From positions 62,001-126,000 of the forward strand of contig MU005958.1 of NCBI GenBank assembly GCA_010093745.1: a stretch of DNA of 64,000 nt, read 5' to 3'. The translations under genes and the position numbers were made by a program. Positions 43,981-55,400 of the stretch are shown in pieces (the stretch's first letter is position 1; every line of letters begins with the position of its first letter). The notes beneath the pieces are model-generated. The model searched no databases. It had not been told where the DNA came from and was given only the letters and a program-made list of their open reading frames with translations. The stretch comes from Piedraia hortae CBS 480.64. Lineage: Eukaryota.

Positions 43981-46900
43981 ATGACGTCAAACGTTGAGCA
44001 GCTGGATGAAACGGTGCGTGCCTTCTATGAGGGCCGTGGCCAGTCGCAAAAGGAGGCGCAGCGGGCGCTGAACCAATTTAAAGAGAACCCCGACTCGTGG
44101 CTCCTGGTGGACAAGATTCTACAGGATGCCAAATACCCCCAGACCAAGTACCTTGGCTTGCAAGTGCTGGACAACGTGATCATGACGCGGTGGAAGGTGT
44201 TGCCGCGCGACCAGTGCATGGGCATCCGGAACTTTGTTGTCAACTTCATTATCCAGAACAGCAGTTCGGAGGAGCAGCTGAAGCAAGAGCGCGTGTTGCT
44301 GAATAAGCTCAACCTGGTTTTGGTATCCATCTTGAAGCAGGAATGGCCGCATAACTGGCCAACTTTCATCAATGAAATTGTTTCTAGCTGCCGGACTAGC
44401 CTCCCAATCTGCGAGAACAATATGGCCATTCTCCGCCTGCTATCCGAAGAGGTCTTCGATTTTTCAGCCGACCAAATGACTAGCGCCAAGACGAAACAGC
44501 TCAAGCAGAGCATGTGCGACGAGTTTACCAACATTTACCAGCTTTGTTCCGAGATCCTCCAGACGGCCAACCAGCCCAACCTGATCAAGGCCACACTGGA
44601 GACGCTTCTCCGCTTTCTCAATTGGATCCCGCTCGGTTACATCTTTGAGAGTCCCCCAGGCGGCGCCAGTCTTATCGAGACTCTGCGCAGCCGTTTCCTG
44701 GAGACGCCAGAGTTTAGAAACATCACATTGAAATGCCTGACAGAGATCGGGGGTCTGCAGACGGAGCACACATTTGATGCAAAGCTGGTGGCCATGTTCA
44801 CCGAGACGCTTACAACCATCTCGCACATCATCCCCCTTACCATTGACCTCAAGACGACGTATGCATCGTCCAGCAGCAAAGACCAGGAGTTTGTGCAGAA
44901 CCTCGCCCTCTTCCTCTGCACGTTTTTCAGTCGTCATCTGTCACTGATTGAAAGCCTCCCTAACACGGACTTTTTGCTGCACGGTCATTTTTACCTGATT
45001 CGCATCAGCCAGATTGACGACCGTGAAATCTTCAAAATCTGCCTGGAATACTGGACAAAGCTTGTCTGCGCCCTGTACGATGAAATGCAGCGATTTCCCA
45101 TCTCAGACATGAACTTTAATCTGGGCATGACGAGTATATCCAATGGTCACCATGACCACCCGTTCCAGATCGATGATAGCCCGCTGCGTAAACAACGCTA
45201 TGCACAGGTCTTGACCAACTTGCGGCAGGTCATGATTGAAAGGATGGTCAGGCCCGAGGAGGTGCTGATTGTGGAGAACGAAGAGGGAGAAATTGTGCGC
45301 GAATTCGTCAAGGAGTCTGATACAATCCAGCTGTACAAGACAACGCGAGAGTGTCTGGTTTTCCTTACCCATCTCGATGTGGTCGATACGGAACAGATCA
45401 TGACGGAGAAGCTCTCGCGCCAGGTTGATGGGTCCGAGTGGAGCTGGGCCAACTGCAACACGCTCTGCTGGGCCATTGGCTCCATCTCGGGCGCCATGAA
45501 CGAGGAGACCGAGAAGCGCTTCCTCGTGACTGTTATTAAGGATCTTTTGGGCCTCACCGAGATGAAGCGGGGCAAGGACAACAAGGCGGTTGTTGCCTCA
45601 AACATCATGTACATTGTGGGCCAGTACCCTCGATTCCTCAAGGCTCATTGGAAGTTCCTCAAAACAGTCGTTAACAAGCTGTTTGAGTTTATGCACGAAA
45701 CGCACGAGGGCGTACAGGACATGGCCTGCGATACTTTCATTAAGATTGCAAGTAAATGCAGGCGACACTTTGTTACGGTACAGCCGGGTGAGAACGAGGC
45801 CTTCATTGACGAGATTGTGCGGACGATGCGTAAGATTACAGGAGATTTGTCGCCGCAGCAAATTCACACCTTTTACCAGGCCTGTGGATACATGATTTCA
45901 GCCCAAGGCCAAAAGGCTCATCAAGAGCGTCTCATCAACGACCTCATGAGTTTGCCCAACCAAGCGTGGGACCAGATCATCCAGAGTGCACATCAGGACC
46001 CAAGCGTTCTGCAAAACCCGGAAACCATCAAGGTTATCGGTAACATTATGAAGACAAACGTGGCGGCCTGTAGCAGCACAGGGAGCTACTTTTACCCGCA
46101 AATCGCCCGCATTTACATGGATATGCTGACAATGTACCGCGCAGCGTCTCAGCTCATTGATGAGGCAGTGCAGAAAGAGGGCAACGTGGCGACCAAAATG
46201 CCGCGTGTTCGCGGCCTTCGAACGGTCAAGAAGGAAATCCTTAAGCTCATCACAACGTATGTAGAGAAAGCTGACGACCTAGAGATGGTCAGCCAGCAGT
46301 TGGTGCCGCAGCTGTTGGAGGCGGTGCTGCTGGACTACAAGCGCAACGTCCCTGATGCGCGCGAGGCCGAAGTCTTGGCCGCCATCACCGTCGTCATAAC
46401 TAAGCTACAGGTACGTTTGGTGTATCTGTTTGGGTAAGTGGCGCTGACGTTGAACAGGGCATGATGACGGACCAGGTGCCCGCAATCCTAGACGCGGTCT
46501 TTGGGTGCACGTTGGAGATGATCAACAAGGACTTTTCCGAGTACCCTGAGCACCGGGTCGAGTTCTTCAAAATGCTTCGTGCCATCAACCAACGTTGCTT
46601 CCCTGCCCTACTCAAGCTCGATCAAACACACTTCAAGCTCGTCATTGACAGCTGCATGTGGGCATCGAAGCACGACAACCGGCTCGTGGAAGGTGAAGGG
46701 CTCAACATGTGTATGGAGCTCGTCAACAACATGGCCGAGACGGACAAGAACATCAGTGATGTCTTCTTCCAGAGATTCTACGTGCTCATCTTGCAGGACA
46801 TTTTCTTTGTCATCACCGACCCCGACCACAATGCCGGCTTCAAGTACCAATCGTTGCTTCTGGCTCGTCTTCTCTGGCTAGTCGCCAACGACAAGATTAG

Positions 46901-47246
46901 TGGTTACGTGTACGAAGAAGGACAGGCCCCGCCTCAGACGTCAAACCGCGACTTTGTGCACAACTTCATCTCCTCCATGCTTGCAAAAGCGTTTCCGAAC
47001 CTACAGCCCGGACAGATCAACCAATTTGTGAAGCAACTGTTCGAGTCGACGGAGAATATGGAAGGCTTCAAGGTCATTCTGCGGGACTTCTTGATCTCGC
47101 TCAAAGAATTTTCGGGTGACACGTCGGACCTCTTTACCGAAGATCGCGAGCGAGCTGCAAAGGAGGCCAAGGCACGGGAGCGTGAGACCAAGATGAAGAT
47201 TGGCGGAATGCTCAAACCCAGCGAGCTTGACGACGAAGAACTATGA
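43981..47246 (+). CDS. CRM1: Exportin-1 (Crm1/KapK)
   Basis: IBN_N domain, MVRPEEVLIVENEEGEIVRE, DLLGLTEMKRGKDNKAVVAS, YPEHRVEFF; intron 46411-46457. Confidence 0.98.
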
Positions 47247-47662
47247 ATTGACGAAGAAGTAGCGGTAGGAGTTTTGATCATCACTGGTCGGTGCGGGTTG
47301 CCATGGGAGCTCTGTTGGGGGAAAGGAAAATGGGGGGGGGGGGGGGGGGGGGGGGATGGTGGTGGTGGAAAGGTGAGGTAAGTGAATATAGTGACTCTAT
47401 ACCTTCAATCGCATAAAGGCCTGCTGTGTTAACGCACACTGGAGTAGAATTATATTGAAATGTGTTTGCTTTTCCTGTCTTTCATGCAGGAGCGAATCCT
47501 GAACGTGAAGCGTTCGCCACCTGCGGCAACCGTTGGCGGCGCAGATCAAGGCAGCGATACCAGCCACATGGTGTAGCAGATAATCGTAAATCACTTGATC
47601 TCCCTCTTTCCTGTGCACGACCTGTGATATAAGCATAAGCGCTCGCATATTGTGTCCATCCG

Positions 47663-49135
47663 ATGAATCCTGGAGCCCTTCTTGCGCTGCCGACGAGTCT
47701 CTTGGTTTCCATCGCCGGCGCCGATGGAGCCAGCGCGCAGGCTCTCCAATGGCCCTACAATCTGCCACGTAATGTCAAGTATTTTCCCGAGCACGAACCG
47801 CTCATGAAGCGTGAAGCTGAAGTTCAAGAACGACTGACATGGCAAGCGCCAGTCGGGGTCCGAAAAATGAGCCATGTAGACGAAGGCGAGAAGTTCTTTT
47901 TGCAGTATTGGAATTTAGGAGAAGGACTTTCATCGACAAACATATGGCAGGGAACAAACGAGAGCCTGTCCCATCCCTTGGACGCAGCGGTTGCGCCTCA
48001 CCGAACGCCCAAACGCAGTATCTTCGCCCGAGACTTTCAATGTCCCCAAGACACGACATCGTGCACGAACATCGGATCGAATCTATGCTGTCCCAACGGC
48101 CAAACTTGCGTGAGCGTTGGTAATGGCCAAATAGGCTGCTGTCCTCCGGGCGTGGACTGCTCAGACTCTGTCCGCTCCTGCGACACTGCAGCAGGATACA
48201 CCAGCTGTGCCAACAGTCCCAATGGAGGCTGCTGCGTCCCCGGCGCCGTCTGCGAAGGAACAGGCTGCGTCTTTTACGGCACACGAACGGTTTGGGCTCC
48301 CCCATCAACGTCCACAACCCAATCCGCACCCTCAAACTCCTCAGCCAGCGAACGGGTCGTGACAACAACCCAAATCGTCCCCGCCCCTGCTCCCGCGGCT
48401 GTTACCTCTGTCTCTGTGCGAGAGCACACCATCACAGTAACCGACGACCAAAAACCGAGCACCATCGTCTCCACAGTCACAATCACCCCGACCCCAAGAT
48501 CCGAAGCCGCAGGCGCAGCCTCCCTCCCGTACTCCAAGGGCAGCTCAACCTGCAGCACGGGGTTCGTGTCGTGCGCATCCTCTCTCGGAGGGGGCTGCTG
48601 TCCTTCAGGCCAACGCTGCGGATCGTCGAACCTCTGTCTCAGCTTCGCTGACGCTACAACATCCTCCTCCTCTGGGGTCGGAGCACCCATTCGACCTACA
48701 AGCATGTCATCTGGCGCGTCGTTAATCACTACGACGGCACCGGGCTCGTGTCCCACAGGCTACTACATGTGTTCGGCCTACTATCTAGGTGGGTGTTGTC
48801 GGGTAGGGAGGGATTGTGATACTACTTCCTGTCCTACAAATGAGAGGACGGTCGTGGAGAGTGGGAATGCAGTTGTCTCTGTCCCCGTCGATTCTGTGGC
48901 CGCCGCTGGGGGACAGGGTCGCTGCGCGGATGGGTGGAATTTGTGTCCGCAGAGTGTGGGTGGTGGGTGCTGTCCTTCGGGTTATGCGTGTGAGACGACG
49001 TGTAGGGGGACAGTTAGTGGAATGCAGGGTGTTGCGAAGGAGACGGCGGCGAGTTTGGGAGTGAAATGTCATATTGGGTGGGGTTGGGGGGCGCTGGGGG
49101 TGGGGGTGCTGGGTTTGATGATTGTTTACGCGTGA
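47663..49135 (+). CDS. Secreted, probably GPI-anchored Cys-rich cell-wall protein
   Basis: Signal peptide, GVRKMS..EGEKFF..YW, repeated C..GGGCCP.G..C modules, S/T-rich linkers, hydrophobic C-terminus. Confidence 0.85.
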   Translation: MNPGALLALPTSLLVSIAGADGASAQALQWPYNLPRNVKYFPEHEPLMKREAEVQERLTWQAPVGVRKMSHVDEGEKFFLQYWNLGEGLSSTNIWQGTNESLSHPLDAAVAPHRTPKRSIFARDFQCPQDTTSCTNIGSNLCCPNGQTCVSVGNGQIGCCPPGVDCSDSVRSCDTAAGYTSCANSPNGGCCVPGAVCEGTGCVFYGTRTVWAPPSTSTTQSAPSNSSASERVVTTTQIVPAPAPAAVTSVSVREHTITVTDDQKPSTIVSTVTITPTPRSEAAGAASLPYSKGSSTCSTGFVSCASSLGGGCCPSGQRCGSSNLCLSFADATTSSSSGVGAPIRPTSMSSGASLITTTAPGSCPTGYYMCSAYYLGGCCRVGRDCDTTSCPTNERTVVESGNAVVSVPVDSVAAAGGQGRCADGWNLCPQSVGGGCCPSGYACETTCRGTVSGMQGVAKETAASLGVKCHIGWGWGALGVGVLGLMIVYA

Positions 49136-49683
49136 TGGGTTATGGGGTGGAGCTATGGGAGAGGGATAGACAGGACTAATGTTTATAGAGGTGGTGGAGT
49201 TGGTACATAGCTGTCAATCACATATGGAAGATGGTTTTGTCACCGAGATGATCATGGGAGGTTACGTTTGTGCCTATTCCACAACCTCGGTCATGGTCCT
49301 GTGCCCATTGTGCGTCCTCAGCGGCAGGGGGATGGCGCCCTGAGATGTATAAAAGCGGGGCGTGGCGTGCGCTTGGCCGGGGTGCCTTGGTGTTTACCCC
49401 ACACTTCCTCTTTCCCCCCCGCAGGTGCAATGGGCTCGCGGCAATTGGCCCATTACTGCTTGCTGTCTGGTTACACTTGCAGGCGTGGTCCGACCCCAGC
49501 TACCCAAGACCTTCACCGCATCATTCCGCTGCACGTTCATCTGCTAGCAATTTACAAACTCGCCATCAGCCTCAGCATTCACTGCAAAGCCATCTTCAAG
49601 AATTAAAGTCTCTTCATCCATTGCTCCAGCTGGGCAGAAGCTTCATGGGGTAATAAATTCAGTTACTGCATCTGTTACGCATA

Positions 49684-50802
49684 ATGCCGAGCCCCAACGA
49701 TCCAAAGGATGGGTCGGTACAAGTCTTGGCTAAACCCATTCACCTTCAGAGCAGCAAAGATGTCCAAAGACTTGCCAAAAGGTACCGCACCGAAATCTCA
49801 GCATCAACTAGCAGCTTGCTGAGCACGTTCGTGGCCTTTCCCTTGGATTTTGCAAAGAGTCGAATGCAAAGCTACGAGACCGGATTCGTGCACACGGTCA
49901 AAGACGCGTACCGAGCAGAGGGACTGCGGGCATTCTGGCGTGGCGTAATACCACCATTAATATCGGTCACCATTGTGAGAACTGTCAGTTTCAGCATCTA
50001 TCAGAGATCAAAGTACGTCTTTGATAAGGCTATCCAAAAGGTCACCGGTCACAGTCCCCTGTACACAGCCAATGCACCCGGAAGCTACCCAAATATCTAC
50101 ACCATCAGCTGCTTCGGCGCGGCAGGGGCAGTTTCTGGCGCTATAATCACCGCCTTCTCGTGTCCCTTTGAGCTCACAAAGCTGAACGAGCAGTTGGCTG
50201 GCAAAGTTGCTCGCGAAAAGGGAATTGAGCCCCCCCGCTCTGCCAGTTCTATGAATACTGCACGACGCCTTGTGCACGAGCGCGGTTTCCCGGGATTATA
50301 TGTGGGATTCCGCCTACATGCGTTGCGGGACACGATCGGCACCAGCATCTACTTTATGACGTACGAAAGTGTGAAGCAGCTGATGGCCAACTCTCGTGGC
50401 AGAAGCCCGACAAGTCCTTACGCCGTCATGGTCGCAGGCGGGCTTTGCGGCATAGTCAGCTGGGCGGTTGTAGGTTTTTTTTTTCCTTTCTTTGCTTTTT
50501 CGGCAAAACCATTGTGCGTTGACACCTGCCAGATCTATCCCGTGGACGTTGCGAAAACGTTGTATCAAAAACAAATCCTGGCCGCTCCGCACGGCGGGAC
50601 AGCACCGATTCCGCGGATCAGATTCTTTCGTGGTGCCTCGTATCGCGGTAGGAAGGAAGAAAGAAAGAAAGAGAAGAGGAACAGAGCTAACCTTGACTTA
50701 GGTCTCGCGATTTCGGTTCTTCGATCGTGTGTAGTCAACATGATTTTTTTCAGCAACTTTGAAATGATGAAGAAGCGAATCAATGCGTTGAACGTTGACT
50801 GA
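49684..50802 (+). CDS. Mitochondrial carrier family protein
   Basis: Three PxD/ExxK signatures (PLDFAK, PFELTK, PVDVAK); in-frame introns 50470-50532 and 50648-50701. Confidence 0.92.
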   Translation: MPSPNDPKDGSVQVLAKPIHLQSSKDVQRLAKRYRTEISASTSSLLSTFVAFPLDFAKSRMQSYETGFVHTVKDAYRAEGLRAFWRGVIPPLISVTIVRTVSFSIYQRSKYVFDKAIQKVTGHSPLYTANAPGSYPNIYTISCFGAAGAVSGAIITAFSCPFELTKLNEQLAGKVAREKGIEPPRSASSMNTARRLVHERGFPGLYVGFRLHALRDTIGTSIYFMTYESVKQLMANSRGRSPTSPYAVMVAGGLCGIVSWAVVGFFFPFFAFSAKPLCVDTCQIYPVDVAKTLYQKQILAAPHGGTAPIPRIRFFRGASYRGRKEERKKEKRNRANLDLGLAISVLRSCVVNMIFFSNFEMMKKRINALNVD

Positions 50803-51290
50803 AGAACGACACCGGCACGGATGGGACAAGGAAGCATTCATTCGGCGTTGGCTGGAATAGAGGCTGGCCTCACTCGGGCCTCGATTAAACATCACCAGGC
50901 AGAACATTCTATCGAGTCAGACCTGTTTTACCAGCAACGTGGTCGGTAAGACTTCATCCGGTTGGCCGGTGACCATTCACATTTCCCCGGATTTTCCGCT
51001 CCAATCGGGCAAAGCGCCCGTTGTCGCCATAGCAACGCCAAATGTTTGTCACGCGACATGTGCGACCAGAACGCGCGACATGTTGGCTGTGGCGCAAGCG
51101 ACTTGGCAGGCCGGGAAGAGAGCGGGAACCAATACTTTGCGCCTTTGTTGATGTGGATCTTCCCTGCCCACAGTGATTTTCCTCTCTACAATCTGACACT
51201 GTCAATCTTCTCTGAAAGCCGTACGGCAGTGTGGACTGCTGGTTGCAAGCTATGTTGCACGTTTGCTAAAAACACTGTGAATCTGCCCAC

Positions 51291-54200
51291 ATGGCCCACG
51301 GACCATCGATCAAGGGCGTTTGCCGTTGGACCGCCACGTTTGCGCTGCTCGGGGCCGTCGGCGGCCAGCAACTGCCCTACAACCCAACAAGGATCTTCCT
51401 CTCGCCAGACGGACAACGTGTCTACGCCTTTCAGCCAGACACTGGCAATCCTACGCAGTCGACCTTGAGCGTCTTGAATCTGAACAGCTCAGTTGACGTT
51501 TCCCAAGCACACTTCACTCCAGTCGCTGGCGACTTGCCTTTCTTGCAGGACGACCACCTCGTCCCGTTCACGCCGGTCATTTATACCTTCGGAAACATTA
51601 CCGTCGTGGCTGGCAACTGCTCGCGTGGCGCCAATGGCACAGAAGTGTGGACGTACTCGCCCCAGGGCGCGAGCTGGACACATTGGCCAGTCACGGAAGA
51701 AAACGAAGAGGAAGGGAGACTGGAAGGTAGCCAACATCTGGCGGGTGGAATAGCCTTCAATCCCACAGTCAATGGGAGTGATGTTGCGGACATGTATCTC
51801 TTTGGCGGCATGTGCCCTTCTGAAAATGCAACGGATGAAACCTGGATCAGTGCGGCCAATTACACGAATGCAATGATCCAAATCAGTCCTCAGAACAAAA
51901 ATGGGAAGCTAGGTTTTGATCTAAGCTTGACGGCCAAAAGAGGCCCGCCAATCGCCGAGGCTGGCTTTACCATCACACCGCTGACGCCTGCTTATACCGT
52001 CTCCAAGCCGGGTACCGCGGTACAGCAGCAGCAGGTTTTTGTCCTGTTGGGCGGCCATACCCAGACGGCATTCATCAACATGTCGCAAGTTGCCTTGTTC
52101 TCTCTGCCTCAGGAGGCTTGGTCCTTTATGCCGGTTGCTCAGCCGGCGGACGAGGATCAAGAGGTGACGCCGCGGTCGGGACACACTGCTGTCCTCTCGG
52201 AGGACGGAAACAGCGTCATTGTCTTTGGCGGCTGGGTTGGAGACATCAACAATCCAGCTACACCGCAACTCGCTGTGCTGAATTTCGACTCTACTCAAGG
52301 TAATCAGCAAAATTGGCGCTGGACCGTTCCCAACTCTTCCCAATCCGGGCCCGGGGACGGCCTCTACGGTCATGGAGCTGTCATGCTTCCCGGTGGCATC
52401 ATGATGGTGGTTGGGGGTCACAAAATTCAGGCTTCCTCGAATGCTAAGCGTCAGAGTGGCAACGACATCCATCTCTACAACACAACTTCCAATGAGTGGG
52501 TCACATCGTATGCCTTGCCCTCTCACGGAACTGAAGCGGCGGATGGTAACGCAGAAGGGTCCAACCGGTCCGGTGGTGCCCTCACTCATATCTCCCAAAA
52601 AGTCGGCCTTGGAGTTGGTCTGGGTGTTGGTGCGCTCATTGCGGCGCTCCTGGTCCTGGTATATTGCTTGTACAGCCGCCGCCTAAAGGCAACGCGAAAA
52701 GCTCGGGGCCACTCTCTCTTGTCCCAGACGTCTGACATATCTTATGCAGAACGAGCAGACAACCCATTCCTGGACGGCGGTATTGACGGTCGGGGTGGCG
52801 ATGCGGCATCGGTTGGACGTTTCTGGAACGTATGGGATCAGAACACCGGCACTTATCCGCAAAGATATTCGGAGACTGCCGATGCTGCCGACTCGACTGG
52901 GTTGTTTGTCAACATTCCAAGCCCTACGCGTGGTCTGAGGAAGGGCCGTCACTACAACTACCAACCGGCGCCGCGGTTTGATGAAATTCACCCCAAACGG
53001 GGCAGTGGCCAGATCCATCCTATTGCTGAACGAGACGACGAAGATATGCAGAGCATGAGCCGCACGGGAAGTCGAACAATGGATAAACCCGAGCCGCTCA
53101 AGAGTCATCCTGTTGGGAGCCAACGGATATCGTTGGATCGGGATCTGGGCCCTGGACAGACCATCAGACGGGTTCCCAACAATGCCAACCGCATGTCGCT
53201 CCAGTCGGCTCGGCAGACTGTGCAGATTAGGACAAGTCTGCCCAACTGGATGTCTGAAGGTATCAAAGCCGAGACCTTTCATGTCGAATCGGGAGGCACG
53301 TCGCCTTCGAAAACGGATGAACGCACCTCATCAACTCTCAGCGAGGTTTCCAACCCGTCAAATGATTCCGCCAACTCAATGACTCGCACAATGTCTACTC
53401 GCACCGGCTTGAGGCTAGCAGCAGTAATGGCTGCCGCTCGAGCACATAATAACACTAGTCCAGAGCAGACCGGCTCACCTGACGGACGAACACACACCAT
53501 GTCCAGCCGGAAGATGTCTTTGACCAGTGGACGTCCACGTTCCTCAACCTGTGGTTCTATGCAGCCCGCAAACGATTCCGATTCCTTCATCACCGCCCCC
53601 ACAACATTCGAAGATCTCCAATGCCAAGGTGAGGAACTCCTCGGCGGCCGCCCTGAGCTAGACCGAGATGATCCCTACCACCATGCCCTTGAAGCCTACA
53701 ACCAACAAACAACCGTATCCCGCACAGCACCCATCCTCCCCCTACCCATCCGCCGACCCCGTCAAGGCATCATGGGCAGTCTCCGACGAGCCCTCAACGC
53801 CGTCTCCATCAGCGGCGACCGCAGTTTCAGCCTCACCGGCCCACGCCCCTCCTCTCCCACCTACGAGCAACCACAATACACCGATGACCCCATCTCCCCC
53901 ACAACCAGCCGACCCGCTCACCCCCGCGCTAGCCCACCCCGCCGCACCGTCTCCGACGGCGGGGCCCTTCTCCTCCGCAAAAAACGCGGCAAAAAGGACT
54001 GGGAAGAATACCAAGACACCGACCCCCAAACCGAAATCATTGGCGACTGGGGCGATCGATCTGCCACCCTGACTTCCCCCTCAAGGGATAACTTCCTCAA
54101 TAACGAAGACTGGGACGTCGAATCAGCTGCCGTGCAGAGAGATGTGCAAGTCATGTTCACCGTGCCGAAATCTAGACTGCGCGTTGTAAATGCCGATCTA

Positions 54201-54332
54201 GATAGGGCCTCGCTTCGCTCGGCGTCGGAGTCGGTGCTCAGTCGTGCGGGGTCGACGAGAAGTAAGGTTTCGAGGAGTGGGAGTGTGCATAGACTTGGGA
54301 AGGAGGAGCTGGGGAGGATTGTGGAGGGGTAG
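51291..54332 (+). CDS. Type I membrane protein with extracellular kelch/galactose-oxidase-like beta-propeller
   Basis: Signal peptide, kelch repeats (YLFGG, VLLGG, RSGHTAV..VFGGW, YGHGAV..VVGG), TM GLGVGLGVG.., Ser-rich cytoplasmic tail ending DVQVMFTVPKSRLRVVN. Confidence 0.85.
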   Translation: MAHGPSIKGVCRWTATFALLGAVGGQQLPYNPTRIFLSPDGQRVYAFQPDTGNPTQSTLSVLNLNSSVDVSQAHFTPVAGDLPFLQDDHLVPFTPVIYTFGNITVVAGNCSRGANGTEVWTYSPQGASWTHWPVTEENEEEGRLEGSQHLAGGIAFNPTVNGSDVADMYLFGGMCPSENATDETWISAANYTNAMIQISPQNKNGKLGFDLSLTAKRGPPIAEAGFTITPLTPAYTVSKPGTAVQQQQVFVLLGGHTQTAFINMSQVALFSLPQEAWSFMPVAQPADEDQEVTPRSGHTAVLSEDGNSVIVFGGWVGDINNPATPQLAVLNFDSTQGNQQNWRWTVPNSSQSGPGDGLYGHGAVMLPGGIMMVVGGHKIQASSNAKRQSGNDIHLYNTTSNEWVTSYALPSHGTEAADGNAEGSNRSGGALTHISQKVGLGVGLGVGALIAALLVLVYCLYSRRLKATRKARGHSLLSQTSDISYAERADNPFLDGGIDGRGGDAASVGRFWNVWDQNTGTYPQRYSETADAADSTGLFVNIPSPTRGLRKGRHYNYQPAPRFDEIHPKRGSGQIHPIAERDDEDMQSMSRTGSRTMDKPEPLKSHPVGSQRISLDRDLGPGQTIRRVPNNANRMSLQSARQTVQIRTSLPNWMSEGIKAETFHVESGGTSPSKTDERTSSTLSEVSNPSNDSANSMTRTMSTRTGLRLAAVMAAARAHNNTSPEQTGSPDGRTHTMSSRKMSLTSGRPRSSTCGSMQPANDSDSFITAPTTFEDLQCQGEELLGGRPELDRDDPYHHALEAYNQQTTVSRTAPILPLPIRRPRQGIMGSLRRALNAVSISGDRSFSLTGPRPSSPTYEQPQYTDDPISPTTSRPAHPRASPPRRTVSDGGALLLRKKRGKKDWEEYQDTDPQTEIIGDWGDRSATLTSPSRDNFLNNEDWDVESAAVQRDVQVMFTVPKSRLRVVNADLDRASLRSASESVLSRAGSTRSKVSRSGSVHRLGKEELGRIVEG

Positions 54333-54809
54333 TAAGATTTGATGATTGTTGAATTTGTATCTGAATGCGTGGAGTTCGTTTTGTGATGTGATGCTTCGTT
54401 CAACGACTCCATTGTTGTATATAAACTTTGAAAGTTGAGGATGTTTCACACTTTCCAAATCATGCATGAGATGTGCCCTTGTTGTCATCCTATCACTATG
54501 GCTTGGCAGTGTAATCCATTGATCCAGATGAAATTTGGCGGTTTGATCGTGTTCCCTCACAAAGTTACGTCACACAGTCGGGCGGCTTGGCAGGGGCATA
54601 AGTCTTTACCATTCCCACACTTTTCGACGACTCTGCAAACTCTATAATGTCAGCCTCCTGCATGATATCAACGAAGCTGAACATCCCACAGTTTTTACCT
54701 CGCTGAGAATGTTTCCCCTGAGGTAAGGCCACGTCACAAATGCTCTGTCCGACTCGTGCGGGTGTGGGGCGGTCTTGGCACACACGTCTATGCCTTGCTT
54801 TACCTTTTT

Positions 54810-55400
54810 CGTGGGCATGGAATCTTACACATCATTGATGGGTTCAGTTTCCATTACAGCGGAACTACTTTCTCCGATGGGAGATGGCTGTTCGCATTGG
54901 CGATGAAATTGAGGATTTGAAATCTATCCGCCTTTTCCGTGGGCACGGAATCATAAATCAGTTGACGGGTTCGTCTTTTGCTACAGCGGAGTGAAGTGGG
55001 GCATTCTTCTCTCGTTCCGAGAGAAGGTGTCTGGTGCCCACACATCATTGACGGATTCACCTTTCGCTACTGCTGAGGAGTGAGGGAGACTAGCTGTTCA
55101 CTCCGGTGGGGAACTTGCGAATCCGACATCTCTTCGCCTTTTCCGTGGCCCCGGAATCACAGACACCATCTACCGATTCGCCTTTCGCTACATCGGAGTG
55201 AGGCGGGAGATTAGTCTTCCCTTCCAAGAGCAGTTGCCTTCCATGTTCACGGAATCACACACACCATCGACTGGTCCACCTTTCACTACTGCGAAGTGAG
55301 GTAGGAGACTTCTCTCTCCTTCCAAGAAAAAGTGCCTGGTGTCCACACACGCCATTAACAGATTCACCTTTCGCCACGTCGGAGTGAAGTGGGGCATTCA
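54810..55400. repeat. Degenerate tandem array of six ~45-bp cores with variable spacers
   Basis: Core approximately acacatcattgacggattcacctttcgctac.gcggagtga.g.ggg at ~54826, 54957, 55039, 55163, 55261, 55347. Confidence 0.8.

Noticed and set aside
47332..47355. 24-nt poly-G tract after CRM1 (also C-runs at ~13918 and ~39240)
   Set aside because: Simple homopolymers of unreliable length; no evidence of function.
54810..55400. CRISPR array
   Set aside because: Eukaryotic context, degenerate repeats, spacers related to each other and variable in length, no cas genes.
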